DNA from: Acidobacteriota bacterium
GTDB lineage: Bacteria; Acidobacteriota; Aminicenantia; JBFLYD01
Direction of reading: 5' to 3'
DNA: 64,000 bases
Assembly (NCBI GenBank): GCA_040756905.1
Contig: JBFLYD010000057.1
Coordinates: 162-64,161 of the forward strand
Made by a program: the position numbers and the translations under genes. Positions 28,687-38,218 of the stretch are shown here, one piece after another. The notes below the pieces were generated by a model. It did not search any database. It was not told the origin of the DNA and saw nothing but the letters and a program-made list of their open reading frames with translations. Numbering within the stretch: the first letter of the stretch is position 1; every line of letters starts with the position of its first letter.

Positions 28687-30231
28687 TCATCTATCTCTTT
28701 CCCCTTTCTTTATTGCAATATATTTTTGAAATCTACTTTTTGGTTTATCCGGAATCGTTCTTTTTAAATAGTCCTTTTCCAATAGAGGATTGAGGATTTT
28801 CTCTATAAAGTGTTTTCTGTCTCTTAAGTTTAGGTGCACCATGATTTCTTTCAGGGATCTCGGAGTTTGGCAATAACTTAGAGTCAGAGCAATTCTATCC
28901 ATTATTTCGACTTGTGGGGTGACTTGTGGGGTGACTTGTGGGGTGACTTGTTCGGTTGGATGACGCAGTGTGAAGGTAAAAGTATCAGATTTTATATCAT
29001 TTGAATAATCTGGAATTGGATATCCTTCTTTTTTCAGGAGCTCAACGGTAGTTCTAATGCCTGTTCCTTTTGTTTCTGCCCATCCGATATCATAAAAAAC
29101 AGCGGCTATTAGAGGGTTGCGCAATTCAGATCCAGGAGAACTAAAGAGAGAAGGATCTTTTAGAGAGTAGCCAGGGTTATAAAATTCCACTCTATCATTA
29201 TAGACTCTTATCTGAGCAGGGCTTGGGTGAAAATAGTTTTGATGCATTAAAAGATTAGTGAGGGCTTCTCTTAAAGCCTTTCTATGGGCATGCTCTTCTG
29301 TGCGAATGAGCTTCTCATCCAATTTAAATGGAATCAAGAAGAAACGATCAAGGATGTCGAGAGCAGAAGACCAGAGAGTTACGAGATTTCCTGTCAAATC
29401 CTGTGAGAGAAAGGGATTCTTTTCTTTTCCCCATTCTGACCCTTTTATCCTGATTATATCCAGGCGCTTTGCTGGAAAATATCGTTTTACAATTCCTTCC
29501 TTACCAAAAAGAAGGATGCCAGCTACGATTAAAGTCCTGCCATCTTGTGCCAGCAGATTGTACGCTTTCAATAATTCGGCATTGTCAAATGTGAGTTCCG
29601 GAGCATCAGGTTTTATGAGCTTACGCAGATTTCTGAAGACAGAAATAGCCTTGATATCAATATCTTCTAATGTAGTACCAATAACAGATTGTGCATCAGG
29701 AGCTCCCATTCGCTCTTGATAATATCTCTGGACATCAGAATCTGTTAATCTTATGTCGGTAGCTCCTATTCGTTTAAAACCTCCTTTAATTGGGCCTAAG
29801 TCTTTTATGTAGATTGGCTTTTGATATCTCGGTGCTTCTTTTACTTCAATCAAAATTATCGGCATACCTTTATCCTCTGTTATCCCCGCTCTTACAACAG
29901 GACAATAATTAAATTTCTGCCCAATGGTGGAGGTAAAGTCATCCAATATCTTTGAAGGATTCTCTACGCCCACAGGGATGTAGTTATTGTCTGCCTTCTC
30001 ATACCCAAGAAGTATCATTCCACCGCCTTCATTTGAAAAAGCTGAAACGGTCTCCCATAAATCCTTAGAAAGTTTCGATTTGCAAAGTTTATACTCAATC
30101 TTTGAACTTTCCCATCTGCTCCTCTCTTCCATTATCTTCATTTTTTGTGGTTCTCCGTTCTCTATCAATTTGACTCTTTTTTCAGCTCCAGACTCAATAG
30201 AATCTTGATTCTCAGATTTTTTCTTCATCAT
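28687..30231 (-). CDS. COG2865-type protein: Schlafen-like AlbA_2 domain plus HATPase_c_4-like domain plus C-terminal wHTH
   Basis: LWETVSAFSNEGGGMILLGYE (AlbA_2 / divergent AAA region). Central ALREALTNLLMHQNY. C-terminal HTH-like tail. A (VTPQ)x3 tandem repeat lies in the linker. Confidence 0.65.
   Translation of the reverse strand: MMKKKSENQDSIESGAEKRVKLIENGEPQKMKIMEERSRWESSKIEYKLCKSKLSKDLWETVSAFSNEGGGMILLGYEKADNNYIPVGVENPSKILDDFTSTIGQKFNYCPVVRAGITEDKGMPIILIEVKEAPRYQKPIYIKDLGPIKGGFKRIGATDIRLTDSDVQRYYQERMGAPDAQSVIGTTLEDIDIKAISVFRNLRKLIKPDAPELTFDNAELLKAYNLLAQDGRTLIVAGILLFGKEGIVKRYFPAKRLDIIRIKGSEWGKEKNPFLSQDLTGNLVTLWSSALDILDRFFLIPFKLDEKLIRTEEHAHRKALREALTNLLMHQNYFHPSPAQIRVYNDRVEFYNPGYSLKDPSLFSSPGSELRNPLIAAVFYDIGWAETKGTGIRTTVELLKKEGYPIPDYSNDIKSDTFTFTLRHPTEQVTPQVTPQVTPQVEIMDRIALTLSYCQTPRSLKEIMVHLNLRDRKHFIEKILNPLLEKDYLKRTIPDKPKSRFQKYIAIKKGERDR
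28909..28950. repeat. 12-nt tandem repeat (GACTTGTGGGGT x3.5) encoding the VTPQVTPQVTPQV linker
   Basis: Read directly from the sequence. Confidence 0.85.
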
Positions 30232-31993
30232 TAGATACCTTTAGTTCCTTAAGATAATTCTCTATCTTTTCGCTTACTTCTGTTAGCTCCTTTTCAAGTA
30301 TGCGAAGCTCTTCCCACTCTTTTGCCGCATCAATCTCCTCTGTCTCTTCCTCAGGAAAAACATACAGCGTAACATTCAGGTTATAGTCATTTTCTTTTAT
30401 CTTTTCATGCTCTACAATCCTTGCAAATCCATCTATATCCTTAAACTCTCTGTATGCAATAACAATTTTATTTATGTGCTCATCTCCTAATCTGTTGAGT
30501 TTTCTGACCTCTGGATGTTGTTCATATTCTCTGCTTGCATTTATAAATAAAATCTTGTCTTTCCTTTCCTCTGGTTTATTCTTATTGAGAATGAGGATGG
30601 CTCCTGGTGCACCTGTATTGTAGAAAAGTTTTTCAGGGAGGAGAATGACTGCTTCCATCAGGTTTTCGCTAATAATAGCTGTTCTCACCGCTTTTTCTTT
30701 TCCACCCCTAAAGAGACAACCATTATCTATGACAATACCTACTCTACCTTTTTCGGTGTTTGCAGAGGATAGCATGTGTTGAATCCAAGCCCAGTCTGCG
30801 GATTGATTTGGAGAGAATCCGTACTTAAATCTTTCTCTCCAGAACTCACCCTTTTTCAAAATATCCTCACCATAGCCATCTTGATTCCATGGGGGATTGG
30901 CTATGACGACATCGAACGTTTTGGCACGTTCAGCATCTTTAAATTTGGGATAAAGCAGAGTATCGCCAAGCACAAGTTGGGCATTCCTTATATCATGGAT
31001 GTAAAGATTCATCTTCGCTAAGGCGAGAGTCTTGTGATTGGCTTCCTGTCCGGACAAGAAAAGTTTTTCAGCCTCACTTTTTCCCTTTTCATTTTCAATA
31101 TGTTGATAGGAGGCTATTAACATGCCTCCTGAACCACAAGCAGGATCATAAACACTTTCTTTTGGCTGGGGATCAAGAATTTCTACGAGGAGTTTTATAA
31201 CCTCTCTTGGCGTGTAAACTTCTCCTTCTTTTGCCTTTTGGGGAGCGAAATATTTTAAAATCCATTCGTAGGCATCACCAAGTATGTCAGGAGAGACATG
31301 ATGAAGTGGCTTTGCGCTGAAGAGCTCGACAAGTTGCCTTAATATCTCTACATTCTCTCTGTTTGTGGTGAACTGGACAAAATCAACATTCTCAAAGACA
31401 TCTTTTAACTCAGGATTTTTCTCTGAGAGAAGCTTCATTGCCTTGGAAAAGTTTTCTGGTAATCGCGCAGGTTCTTTTCTTATGTTTTCCCAAAGAAGTT
31501 CATCCGAAATATCGAAATCATGATATATGGAGTTTTTTGCCTCTACTTTTGCCTCTTCCTCACTAAGACCATCTGCAAGGGCTTCCTTATAGGCCGCCTC
31601 GTATTCTATTTCCCATTTGTCGCTTATCCTTTTATAGAAAAGAAGGAAAAGTATAAATGTATAATCGACCCTTGTTCTGATAAGATCCGCAGCTTTTTTT
31701 AGTAGATTATCAAGATCGTCTCTTGTTAGAGTATCATTCCTTATCGTAAATAATTCCGATAATATTTTTTCTCGGCTTATCAATGTGTAGATACGCTTTC
31801 TTGCATCTTTAGGGTCAAGTTCAACTTTGAGCCAATCTCTTTTTCGTAACTCTGAAAGAATAACATTGACCTGCTCCTCTGAGTCCTGCAACTTCTCCTT
31901 GAGAATCTTTTCTGCTTCTTCAAAACGGAATAAAGAATCCTTGAAGGCTTCCACGAGCATCCCATATCTTTTTTCGAGCCATTTAGGTATCAT
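30212..31993 (-). CDS. hsdM: Type I R-M N6-adenine DNA methyltransferase subunit
   Basis: DPACGSGGML SAM motif, VVIANPPWN catalytic motif, N-terminal HsdM_N-like region. Confidence 0.9.
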   Translation of the reverse strand: MIPKWLEKRYGMLVEAFKDSLFRFEEAEKILKEKLQDSEEQVNVILSELRKRDWLKVELDPKDARKRIYTLISREKILSELFTIRNDTLTRDDLDNLLKKAADLIRTRVDYTFILFLLFYKRISDKWEIEYEAAYKEALADGLSEEEAKVEAKNSIYHDFDISDELLWENIRKEPARLPENFSKAMKLLSEKNPELKDVFENVDFVQFTTNRENVEILRQLVELFSAKPLHHVSPDILGDAYEWILKYFAPQKAKEGEVYTPREVIKLLVEILDPQPKESVYDPACGSGGMLIASYQHIENEKGKSEAEKLFLSGQEANHKTLALAKMNLYIHDIRNAQLVLGDTLLYPKFKDAERAKTFDVVIANPPWNQDGYGEDILKKGEFWRERFKYGFSPNQSADWAWIQHMLSSANTEKGRVGIVIDNGCLFRGGKEKAVRTAIISENLMEAVILLPEKLFYNTGAPGAILILNKNKPEERKDKILFINASREYEQHPEVRKLNRLGDEHINKIVIAYREFKDIDGFARIVEHEKIKENDYNLNVTLYVFPEEETEEIDAAKEWEELRILEKELTEVSEKIENYLKELKVSNDEEKI

Positions 31994-32354
31994 AAACTAT
32001 TTCCATATAAATAAATTAGATAAGTTTTTAATTTCATACTTATATAATAGTATAAAAAAAATCCTTTGTCAAATTTTTCTATTTAAAATATACCCTTTCT
32101 TTTAAAAGATAATCCCTCGATGTGATTAGGCAAGATTTATATGGCAATGTAGAGGTGCTATTTTTTACGAAAGGCCCTCATGTTTAATGGTGGAAGCGTC
32201 TAAAAATAAATCTATATAAGAATTTCTAATTAGAATTTATAACATTTCAGTTACTTTTTGTGTGATTTAACTAATACATCTTAAGATACTTTAAATGACT
32301 TAAATTTTGGAATGGAATTTGTTTTGCATTTATGATAACATTTGAAATTTAAAA

Positions 32355-33773
32355 ATGGAAAGCTTTGGCTGGCTTTCAATAATTCCTCCCTTAGTAGCAA
32401 TTGCTTTAGCTCTGATCACAAGACACATTTATATCTCCCTTTTCCTTGGAATCTACTCTGGAGAGCTTATAATTTCCAAAGGAAGAATATTTTATTCTTT
32501 CTACCTCACATTAGAAGAAATCCTAAATGTCTTCTCAAAAAAAGAAAATGTTCAGGTAATCTTTTTCTGTATGCTCGTGGGAAGTTTAATCGCCCTTGCC
32601 CAGAGATCCGGTGGAATAGAGGGGTTGATAAATTATGTTACTTTAAAGGGTATAATCAAGACAAAGAGAAAAGCTCAGGCTCTGGCAGGGATAATAGGAG
32701 TTCTTGTATTCATTGAATCAAGCATCACCTCCCTCATAGTCGGGTCAATCTTTAGACCAATTTTTGATAAGTTAAAAATTTCCCGGGAGAAGCTTGCCTA
32801 CATTTGCGATTCAACCTCTGCTCCTGTCTGTATGATGATACCTCTAAATGGATGGGGAGCTTTTGTTATCGGCCTTCTTTTAGCTCATAACATAAAAGAC
32901 CCGGTTCATGTGCTTATTAAATCCTTGCCCTTAAATTTTTACTCAATCTTGGCAATTTTAATGGTTTTTATAATCGCTTTTTTAAACAAAGATTTTGGGC
33001 CGATGAAGAAGGCAGAGGAAAGAGTAGAAAAAGAGGGAAAGATTTTCAGAGATGGATCTAACCCTCTTATCGCCTATGATATAATTAATTTAAAAACTAA
33101 AGAAGGAGTTAAGCCAAATCCATTTAATTTAATTATTCCTGTTTTTGTGATGATCTCTATTATACCCTGTGCTCTTTACATTTCCGGAAATGGAAATATA
33201 TTCAAAGGCTCAGGGTCCACTTCAGTTTTATGGTCGGTTTTGATTTCGATTCTAATTGCTTCAGTCATCTATTTAATCAAAAAGAATCTAAACATCCATG
33301 ATTTAACTGATTTAATCATTAAGGGAATGTCAGGGCTTCTCCCCGTTACTATTCTTGTTGTATTTGCATATGGCATCGGGAGTATCTCAAGGGAGCTCCA
33401 TACGGGTGAATTTGTCGCTTCTCAATTTTCAAGAGCACTCCCTCCTTTTCTTCTTCCTGCAATTCTTTTTGCTGCAACATGCTTTATAGCTTTTGCTACC
33501 GGAACTTCCTGGGGTTCATTTGCGATAATGGTACCGATAGGAATCTCTGCTGCAATAAATTTAAATTTAAGCATTCCTCTTGTTTTATCTGCAATATTGG
33601 GAGGGGGAGTCTTTGGAGATCATGCTTCTCCTCTTTCAGACACTACAATAATTTCTGCAATGTCTTCTGCTTCTGACCTCATGGATCATGTCACCACCCA
33701 GCTTCCCTATGCTCTGTTTTCTGCAGGAGTAAGTTTATTTCTTTACATATTAATAGGAATTCTTTTCGTTTAG
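32355..33773 (+). CDS. Na+/H+ antiporter NhaC-family membrane transporter
   Basis: 472 aa polytopic membrane protein with the NhaC-family pattern of two repeated hydrophobic halves around a hydrophilic loop. Confidence 0.65.
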   Translation: MESFGWLSIIPPLVAIALALITRHIYISLFLGIYSGELIISKGRIFYSFYLTLEEILNVFSKKENVQVIFFCMLVGSLIALAQRSGGIEGLINYVTLKGIIKTKRKAQALAGIIGVLVFIESSITSLIVGSIFRPIFDKLKISREKLAYICDSTSAPVCMMIPLNGWGAFVIGLLLAHNIKDPVHVLIKSLPLNFYSILAILMVFIIAFLNKDFGPMKKAEERVEKEGKIFRDGSNPLIAYDIINLKTKEGVKPNPFNLIIPVFVMISIIPCALYISGNGNIFKGSGSTSVLWSVLISILIASVIYLIKKNLNIHDLTDLIIKGMSGLLPVTILVVFAYGIGSISRELHTGEFVASQFSRALPPFLLPAILFAATCFIAFATGTSWGSFAIMVPIGISAAINLNLSIPLVLSAILGGGVFGDHASPLSDTTIISAMSSASDLMDHVTTQLPYALFSAGVSLFLYILIGILFV

Positions 33774-34421
33774 GAGTAGTGTTTTAGTAATTCTAAAATG
33801 TTTTTTTGCTATTCTATCGAGTACTTCAGTCCCTTTTTCCTCTATCAATTTCTTTGCAATTTCTTTTACTTCCTGGGATGAACCTTTTTTAAGCTCAACT
33901 CCAATCTCTGAAGAAATTTTCTCCATTTCATTTAGAAATTGGGCTCGAGCAAGAATTGAGGCTGCTGCCACAGCTAAATCTTCCTCAGCCTTTTCCTTCT
34001 GTTCAATTATTATCTGTTTGCCCTTTTTCATAAGAGCTCTCTCTATGAACTTTTCATCTCCAAACTTATCAGAAATAGCTCTATCACAATAAGTTAATTG
34101 AAGTATATTCTCGATAACTCTTGCATGGCCCCAGGCAAGAATTCTATTCAAATTTTTCATCCTTCCCCATAATTTATTATATTTCTCCGGACTTATCGTA
34201 ACCAGGGAATTTATGAATTCCTTCTTAATTATTTTAGAAAGTTCCTTTATTTTATTATCTGAGAGTTTTTTACTATCTTTTACTCCCAGCTCTTTCAAAC
34301 GATTTATCTGGTTCTTATTTACAGAAACCCCTGCTATTACTAAAGGTCCAAAATAATCTCCTTTTCCTGATTCATCAGTCCCTATCCAGCACGTCCGCCC
34401 GTTCATAAAAAGATGCAACAC
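33750..34421 (-). CDS. Type 2 ribonuclease H with an RNase HIII-like catalytic motif, but short (223 aa, no N-terminal substrate-binding domain)
   Basis: GTDESGKGDYFGPLVIAGV (HIII-type DESGKGDYFGP) and GVKDSKKLS motifs. Confidence 0.7.
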   Translation of the reverse strand: MLHLFMNGRTCWIGTDESGKGDYFGPLVIAGVSVNKNQINRLKELGVKDSKKLSDNKIKELSKIIKKEFINSLVTISPEKYNKLWGRMKNLNRILAWGHARVIENILQLTYCDRAISDKFGDEKFIERALMKKGKQIIIEQKEKAEEDLAVAAASILARAQFLNEMEKISSEIGVELKKGSSQEVKEIAKKLIEEKGTEVLDRIAKKHFRITKTLLLNEKNSY

Positions 34422-34446
34422 GTCTTTACAATAGTTATAGAAATTA

Positions 34447-35745
34447 TTATTTTAAAAGTTTTCTTTCTTTTGCAGCTTTTTCAAGTTCTTCTCTGAAATC
34501 AGGATGGGCAATCTCTATGAGAGCTTTTGCCCTCTCATTCAAATTTTTTCCATGTAAATAAGCAACACCATACTCAGTTACGACATACCATACATCGGCT
34601 CTTGTGGTGACAACCCCGGCTCCCTGTTTTAAGAACGGCACTATTCTTGAAACTTCTCCTCCCTTTGCAGTGGAAGGAAGTGCTATAATTGGCTTCCCTC
34701 CTTTAGAATGGGCAGCGCCCCTTATGAAATCAACCTGGCCTCCAAATCCACTGAAAATATACGGTCCAATTGAATCAGCGCATACCTGACCTGTTAAATC
34801 CACCTCTATTGCTGAATTTATCGCAACCATTTTATCATTTTGGGCAATGATAAAAGGATGATTTGTATAATCTGTAGGATGTAACTCAAACAATGGATTG
34901 TTATCCACAAATGTGTAAAGGTTATCTGAGCCAAGGATGAAAGTAGCAATCACTTTACCAGGATGAAGAGTTTTCTTTGCTCCTGTTATTATTCCCTTCT
35001 CGATACCTTCAACAATTCCATCGGAAACCATTTCAGTATGAATTCCTAAATCTTTCTTTCCCTCCAATGAGGCAAGAACAGCATCAGGAATGCCCCCGAT
35101 CCCCAATTGTAAAGTGGAGCCATTTTCGATTAATTTTCCAACATATTCTCCTATTTTTTTCTCCATATCGGTAAAAGTTTTTCTTTCAAGCTTTGGGAGC
35201 TCTTGGGATGTTTCTATTACTTTAGAAACTTTAGATACATGTATAAATGAATCACCAAGAACCCGAGGCATTTTATCATTCACTTGAGCTATAACTATTT
35301 CTGCGCTTTCTACAGCAGCTTTTGAAACAAGAACCTCGACTCCAAGACTCATAAACCCATGAATGTCAGGAGGAGAAACCTGAACCATTGCTACATCAAG
35401 CTTCATCTGTCTCGAAAGAAATAAATTTGGGATTTGATGAAGGAATACAGGAATATAATCTGATTTTCCTTCATTAACTGATTTTCTGTCTGCTGGGCCC
35501 ACAAACAATGAATTATGCCTGAAATGACCCTCCATGTCCGGACTGGAAAAAGGATCTTCTCCTAAAAGGAGAACATGAATAAGTTCCACATTGAACAATT
35601 CGTCTTTTCTTTTTGCAAGGGCATTCAACAATACATATGGAGCTGCAGCATTACCACTCATAAAGACTCTGTGATTGCTTTTTATTAAAGACACTGCCTC
35701 TTCAGGAGAACAAAGTTTCTTCTTATAATCCTCATGCCATGACAT
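34447..35745 (-). CDS. Acetyl-CoA hydrolase/transferase family protein (4-hydroxybutyrate or succinyl-CoA:acetate CoA-transferase-like)
   Basis: 432 aa. Family-typical glycine-rich segments (GIGGIPDAV, FSGFGGQVDF). Confidence 0.7.
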   Translation of the reverse strand: MSWHEDYKKKLCSPEEAVSLIKSNHRVFMSGNAAAPYVLLNALAKRKDELFNVELIHVLLLGEDPFSSPDMEGHFRHNSLFVGPADRKSVNEGKSDYIPVFLHQIPNLFLSRQMKLDVAMVQVSPPDIHGFMSLGVEVLVSKAAVESAEIVIAQVNDKMPRVLGDSFIHVSKVSKVIETSQELPKLERKTFTDMEKKIGEYVGKLIENGSTLQLGIGGIPDAVLASLEGKKDLGIHTEMVSDGIVEGIEKGIITGAKKTLHPGKVIATFILGSDNLYTFVDNNPLFELHPTDYTNHPFIIAQNDKMVAINSAIEVDLTGQVCADSIGPYIFSGFGGQVDFIRGAAHSKGGKPIIALPSTAKGGEVSRIVPFLKQGAGVVTTRADVWYVVTEYGVAYLHGKNLNERAKALIEIAHPDFREELEKAAKERKLLK

Positions 35746-35767
35746 CGCTTACTCTTTAGTTATTAGT

Positions 35768-35863
35768 AGGGCAACCCTTCAGAGCCTGCCCCGAACTTGG
35801 TTCGGGGGTTGCTTAATGCATGGTTAAAGCCATGCCCTACATGTCAATTTATTTAATTCATTT
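35768..35863. repeat. Repeat family B copy 1 (degenerate): TAGGGCAACCC..CCCCGAAnnnnnTTCGGGG..GCCCTACA hairpin element with a partial right TIR
   Basis: ~85% identical to the core of 48841-48930. Ends in catttgtattag. Confidence 0.5.
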
Positions 35864-35870
35864 GTATTAG

Positions 35871-37370
35871 CTAACGACTATTTTTATTCTTTAAATATAA
35901 ATCAATGCTGTATGCAGCCATTCTTCCATCTCCCATTGCCAAAATAACAGTTGCTCCTCCTCTCACTATATCTCCTCCTGCATATATCCCTTCAATACTT
36001 GTTGCCATTGTATTAAAATCCACTTTTATCGTTCCCCATTTTCCAACTTCAATACCCTTTGTTGTTTGAGGAATTAAAGGATTCGGGCTTGTTCCTACAG
36101 CATTTATAACAAGATCCACTTCGATTCTAAATTCTGAGCCTTTTATGGGAATAGGTCTTCTTCGTCCTGATGCATCAGGTTCTCCCAGTTCCATTCTCAG
36201 ACATTCCATCTCCTTGACCCATCCTCTTTCATCTTCAATGAATTTTACAGGAAGAGTTAAAAAAAGAAATTCAATACCTTCTTCTTCAGCATGCTTAACC
36301 TCTTCCACTCTTGCAGGCATTTCTTTTCTTGTACGTCTATAAACGATTGCTGCCCATTCAGCTCCCAATCTTTTTGCGGATCTGACTGAATCCATCGCTG
36401 TATTTCCTCCTCCGATTACTGCAACCCTTTTCCCTTTTGGCAAAGGCGTATCATAATTCGGAAACTCAAAAGCTCTCATAAGATTTATTCTTGTCAAATA
36501 TTCATTAGCAGAATAAATTCCATTTAAATTTTCTCCCTCTGCATTCATAAAAGTTGGCAGTCCTGCGCCTGAGCCGATAAAAAATGCTTCATAGCCTTCT
36601 TTCTTTAAATCATCTATCGTTGCAGTTCTTCCTACAACGAAATTATTGAGTATTTCCACCCCTAATTTCTTTAGATAATCAACCTCAGCATCGAGAATTC
36701 TCTTTGGTAATCTAAACTCGGGTATTCCATAAGCAAGAACGCCTCCTGATTTATGAAGAGCTTCAAAAACAGTTACTGAATGGCCTTTTTTTGAAAGCTC
36801 TCCTGCTACAGTTAGACCAGCAGGACCAGCACCTACTATTGCCACTCTTTTTCCTGTAGGATTAGCTAATTGAGGAATCAATATCTCTTCTTTTTCTCTT
36901 TCCCAGTCAGCAACAAACCTTTCAAGGTTCCCTATTGCCACTGAAACCCCAGTGGACTTAAAAACTATACACTGAACCTCGCATTGACTTTCCTGAGGGC
37001 AAACTCTTCCACATATTGCTGGAAGAGAATTGGTTTCCTTTATTTTTCTTGCAGCTTCAGAAAATTTGCCAATTTCAATTAGTTTAATAAATGAGGGAAT
37101 ATCAATTGCCACAGGGCAACCAATTACACAAAATGGATTTGGACAATCTAAGCATCTTCTTGCTTCTTCTACAGCCTGGTCAGGTGATAAACCAAGGTTT
37201 ACCTCAAAAAAATCTTTATTTCTGACATCATGTTCTCTTTCAGGCATTTTCTGTCGAGGGATCTTCATTCTCTCTTTTACTGGAATCGCTTTCTTGAGCT
37301 CTTTTCTCCACTCTTTCTGAGCCTCTTTTTTTAAGTCATCAAATCTTGGAATCTCTTTTTTCTCTTCCAT
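35871..37370 (-). CDS. GltD-like NAD(P)H-dependent FAD/Fe-S oxidoreductase (NfnB / SudA-like large subunit)
   Basis: N-terminal CLDCPNPFCVIGCP and CGRVCPQESQCEVQC clusters, two dinucleotide-binding motifs (VAIVGAGPAGL, VAVIGGGNTAMD). Confidence 0.75.
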   Translation of the reverse strand: MEEKKEIPRFDDLKKEAQKEWRKELKKAIPVKERMKIPRQKMPEREHDVRNKDFFEVNLGLSPDQAVEEARRCLDCPNPFCVIGCPVAIDIPSFIKLIEIGKFSEAARKIKETNSLPAICGRVCPQESQCEVQCIVFKSTGVSVAIGNLERFVADWEREKEEILIPQLANPTGKRVAIVGAGPAGLTVAGELSKKGHSVTVFEALHKSGGVLAYGIPEFRLPKRILDAEVDYLKKLGVEILNNFVVGRTATIDDLKKEGYEAFFIGSGAGLPTFMNAEGENLNGIYSANEYLTRINLMRAFEFPNYDTPLPKGKRVAVIGGGNTAMDSVRSAKRLGAEWAAIVYRRTRKEMPARVEEVKHAEEEGIEFLFLTLPVKFIEDERGWVKEMECLRMELGEPDASGRRRPIPIKGSEFRIEVDLVINAVGTSPNPLIPQTTKGIEVGKWGTIKVDFNTMATSIEGIYAGGDIVRGGATVILAMGDGRMAAYSIDLYLKNKNSR

Positions 37371-37384
37371 CTTAATTTTTCCTT

Positions 37385-38218
37385 TCAGGGATATACATCA
37401 CATTCATACTTTTGCAGAGAATCCAGTTCTTCATTTATATATGCTGCCCGTCGGAAGAAAAGTTCTTCCCAGTCAACCTGATGACCATCAAAATCAGGAC
37501 CATCAACACATGCAAATCTTGTTGAGCCTCCGACTGACACTCGACATGCTCCGCACATTCCAGTTCCATCCACCATCACGGGATTCAAGGCCACAATAGT
37601 TTTGATCCCTGACTCTCTGGTTGTTTCTGAAGCAATCATCATCATAAAGGTACAGCCAATTGCCACGACCCTGTCTATCTTTTTCCCATCAGAAATCATT
37701 TTTCTCAATATTTCAGGAACATGTCCCTGGTATTTAGTTGTTCCATCTCTTGTAACAGCCATCAACTCATCACTAACTTTTTTTATCCTATCTTCCCAGT
37801 AAATTAAAAATTTACTTCTTCCTTCTATCATTGAAATAACTCTGTTTCCTTTCTCTTTAAGGGCCCTTGCCATAGGGTATATATTGCCGATCCCATAGCA
37901 TCCACCTACACATAAAACAGTTCCAAAATTCTCAATTTCACTTGGCATTCCCAAGGGGCCCAGCAATGCATAAAGATAATCGCCTGATTTCATGTTTGCT
38001 AACTTCTTTGTGGAAGTACCCACTTCCATGAATACTATTGTTATCGTTCCTCTTTCCTGATTCCAATCAGAAATCGTCAGAGGGATTCTTTCACTTTTTT
38101 CATCTGTCATGACGATAACAAACTGTCCTGGCAAAGCCTTTTTTGCCACAAAAGAGGCTCCCACTTCTAATAAATGCATATTTGGAACAATCTGTTCTCT
38201 CCTTAAGATTTTAAACAT
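37385..38218 (-). CDS. PyrK-like ferredoxin-NAD(P) reductase subunit with a C-terminal 2Fe-2S cluster (NfnA / SudB-like)
   Basis: 277 aa. FAD/NAD-binding beta-barrel region and CGACRV ... C motif near the C-terminus. Confidence 0.7.
   Translation of the reverse strand: MFKILRREQIVPNMHLLEVGASFVAKKALPGQFVIVMTDEKSERIPLTISDWNQERGTITIVFMEVGTSTKKLANMKSGDYLYALLGPLGMPSEIENFGTVLCVGGCYGIGNIYPMARALKEKGNRVISMIEGRSKFLIYWEDRIKKVSDELMAVTRDGTTKYQGHVPEILRKMISDGKKIDRVVAIGCTFMMMIASETTRESGIKTIVALNPVMVDGTGMCGACRVSVGGSTRFACVDGPDFDGHQVDWEELFFRRAAYINEELDSLQKYECDVYP

Noticed and set aside
28909-28950. Possible CRISPR array suggested by short direct repeats
   Set aside because: It is a 12-nt in-frame tandem repeat with no spacers, inside a coding sequence. 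No repeat-spacer architecture occurs anywhere in the window.
32342-32716. 124-aa + strand ORF at the start of the NhaC gene
   Set aside because: It is out of frame with, and overlaps, the much longer and hydrophobic NhaC-family ORF starting at 32355. It is an alternative-frame artefact.
35768-35863. tRNA-like gene inside repeat B (TTCGGGG hairpin resembles a T-arm)
   Set aside because: No cloverleaf can be drawn: there is no acceptor stem with a 3' CCA context and no D or anticodon arms. The sequence recurs with TIRs at 48827-48955, so it is a dispersed repeat.
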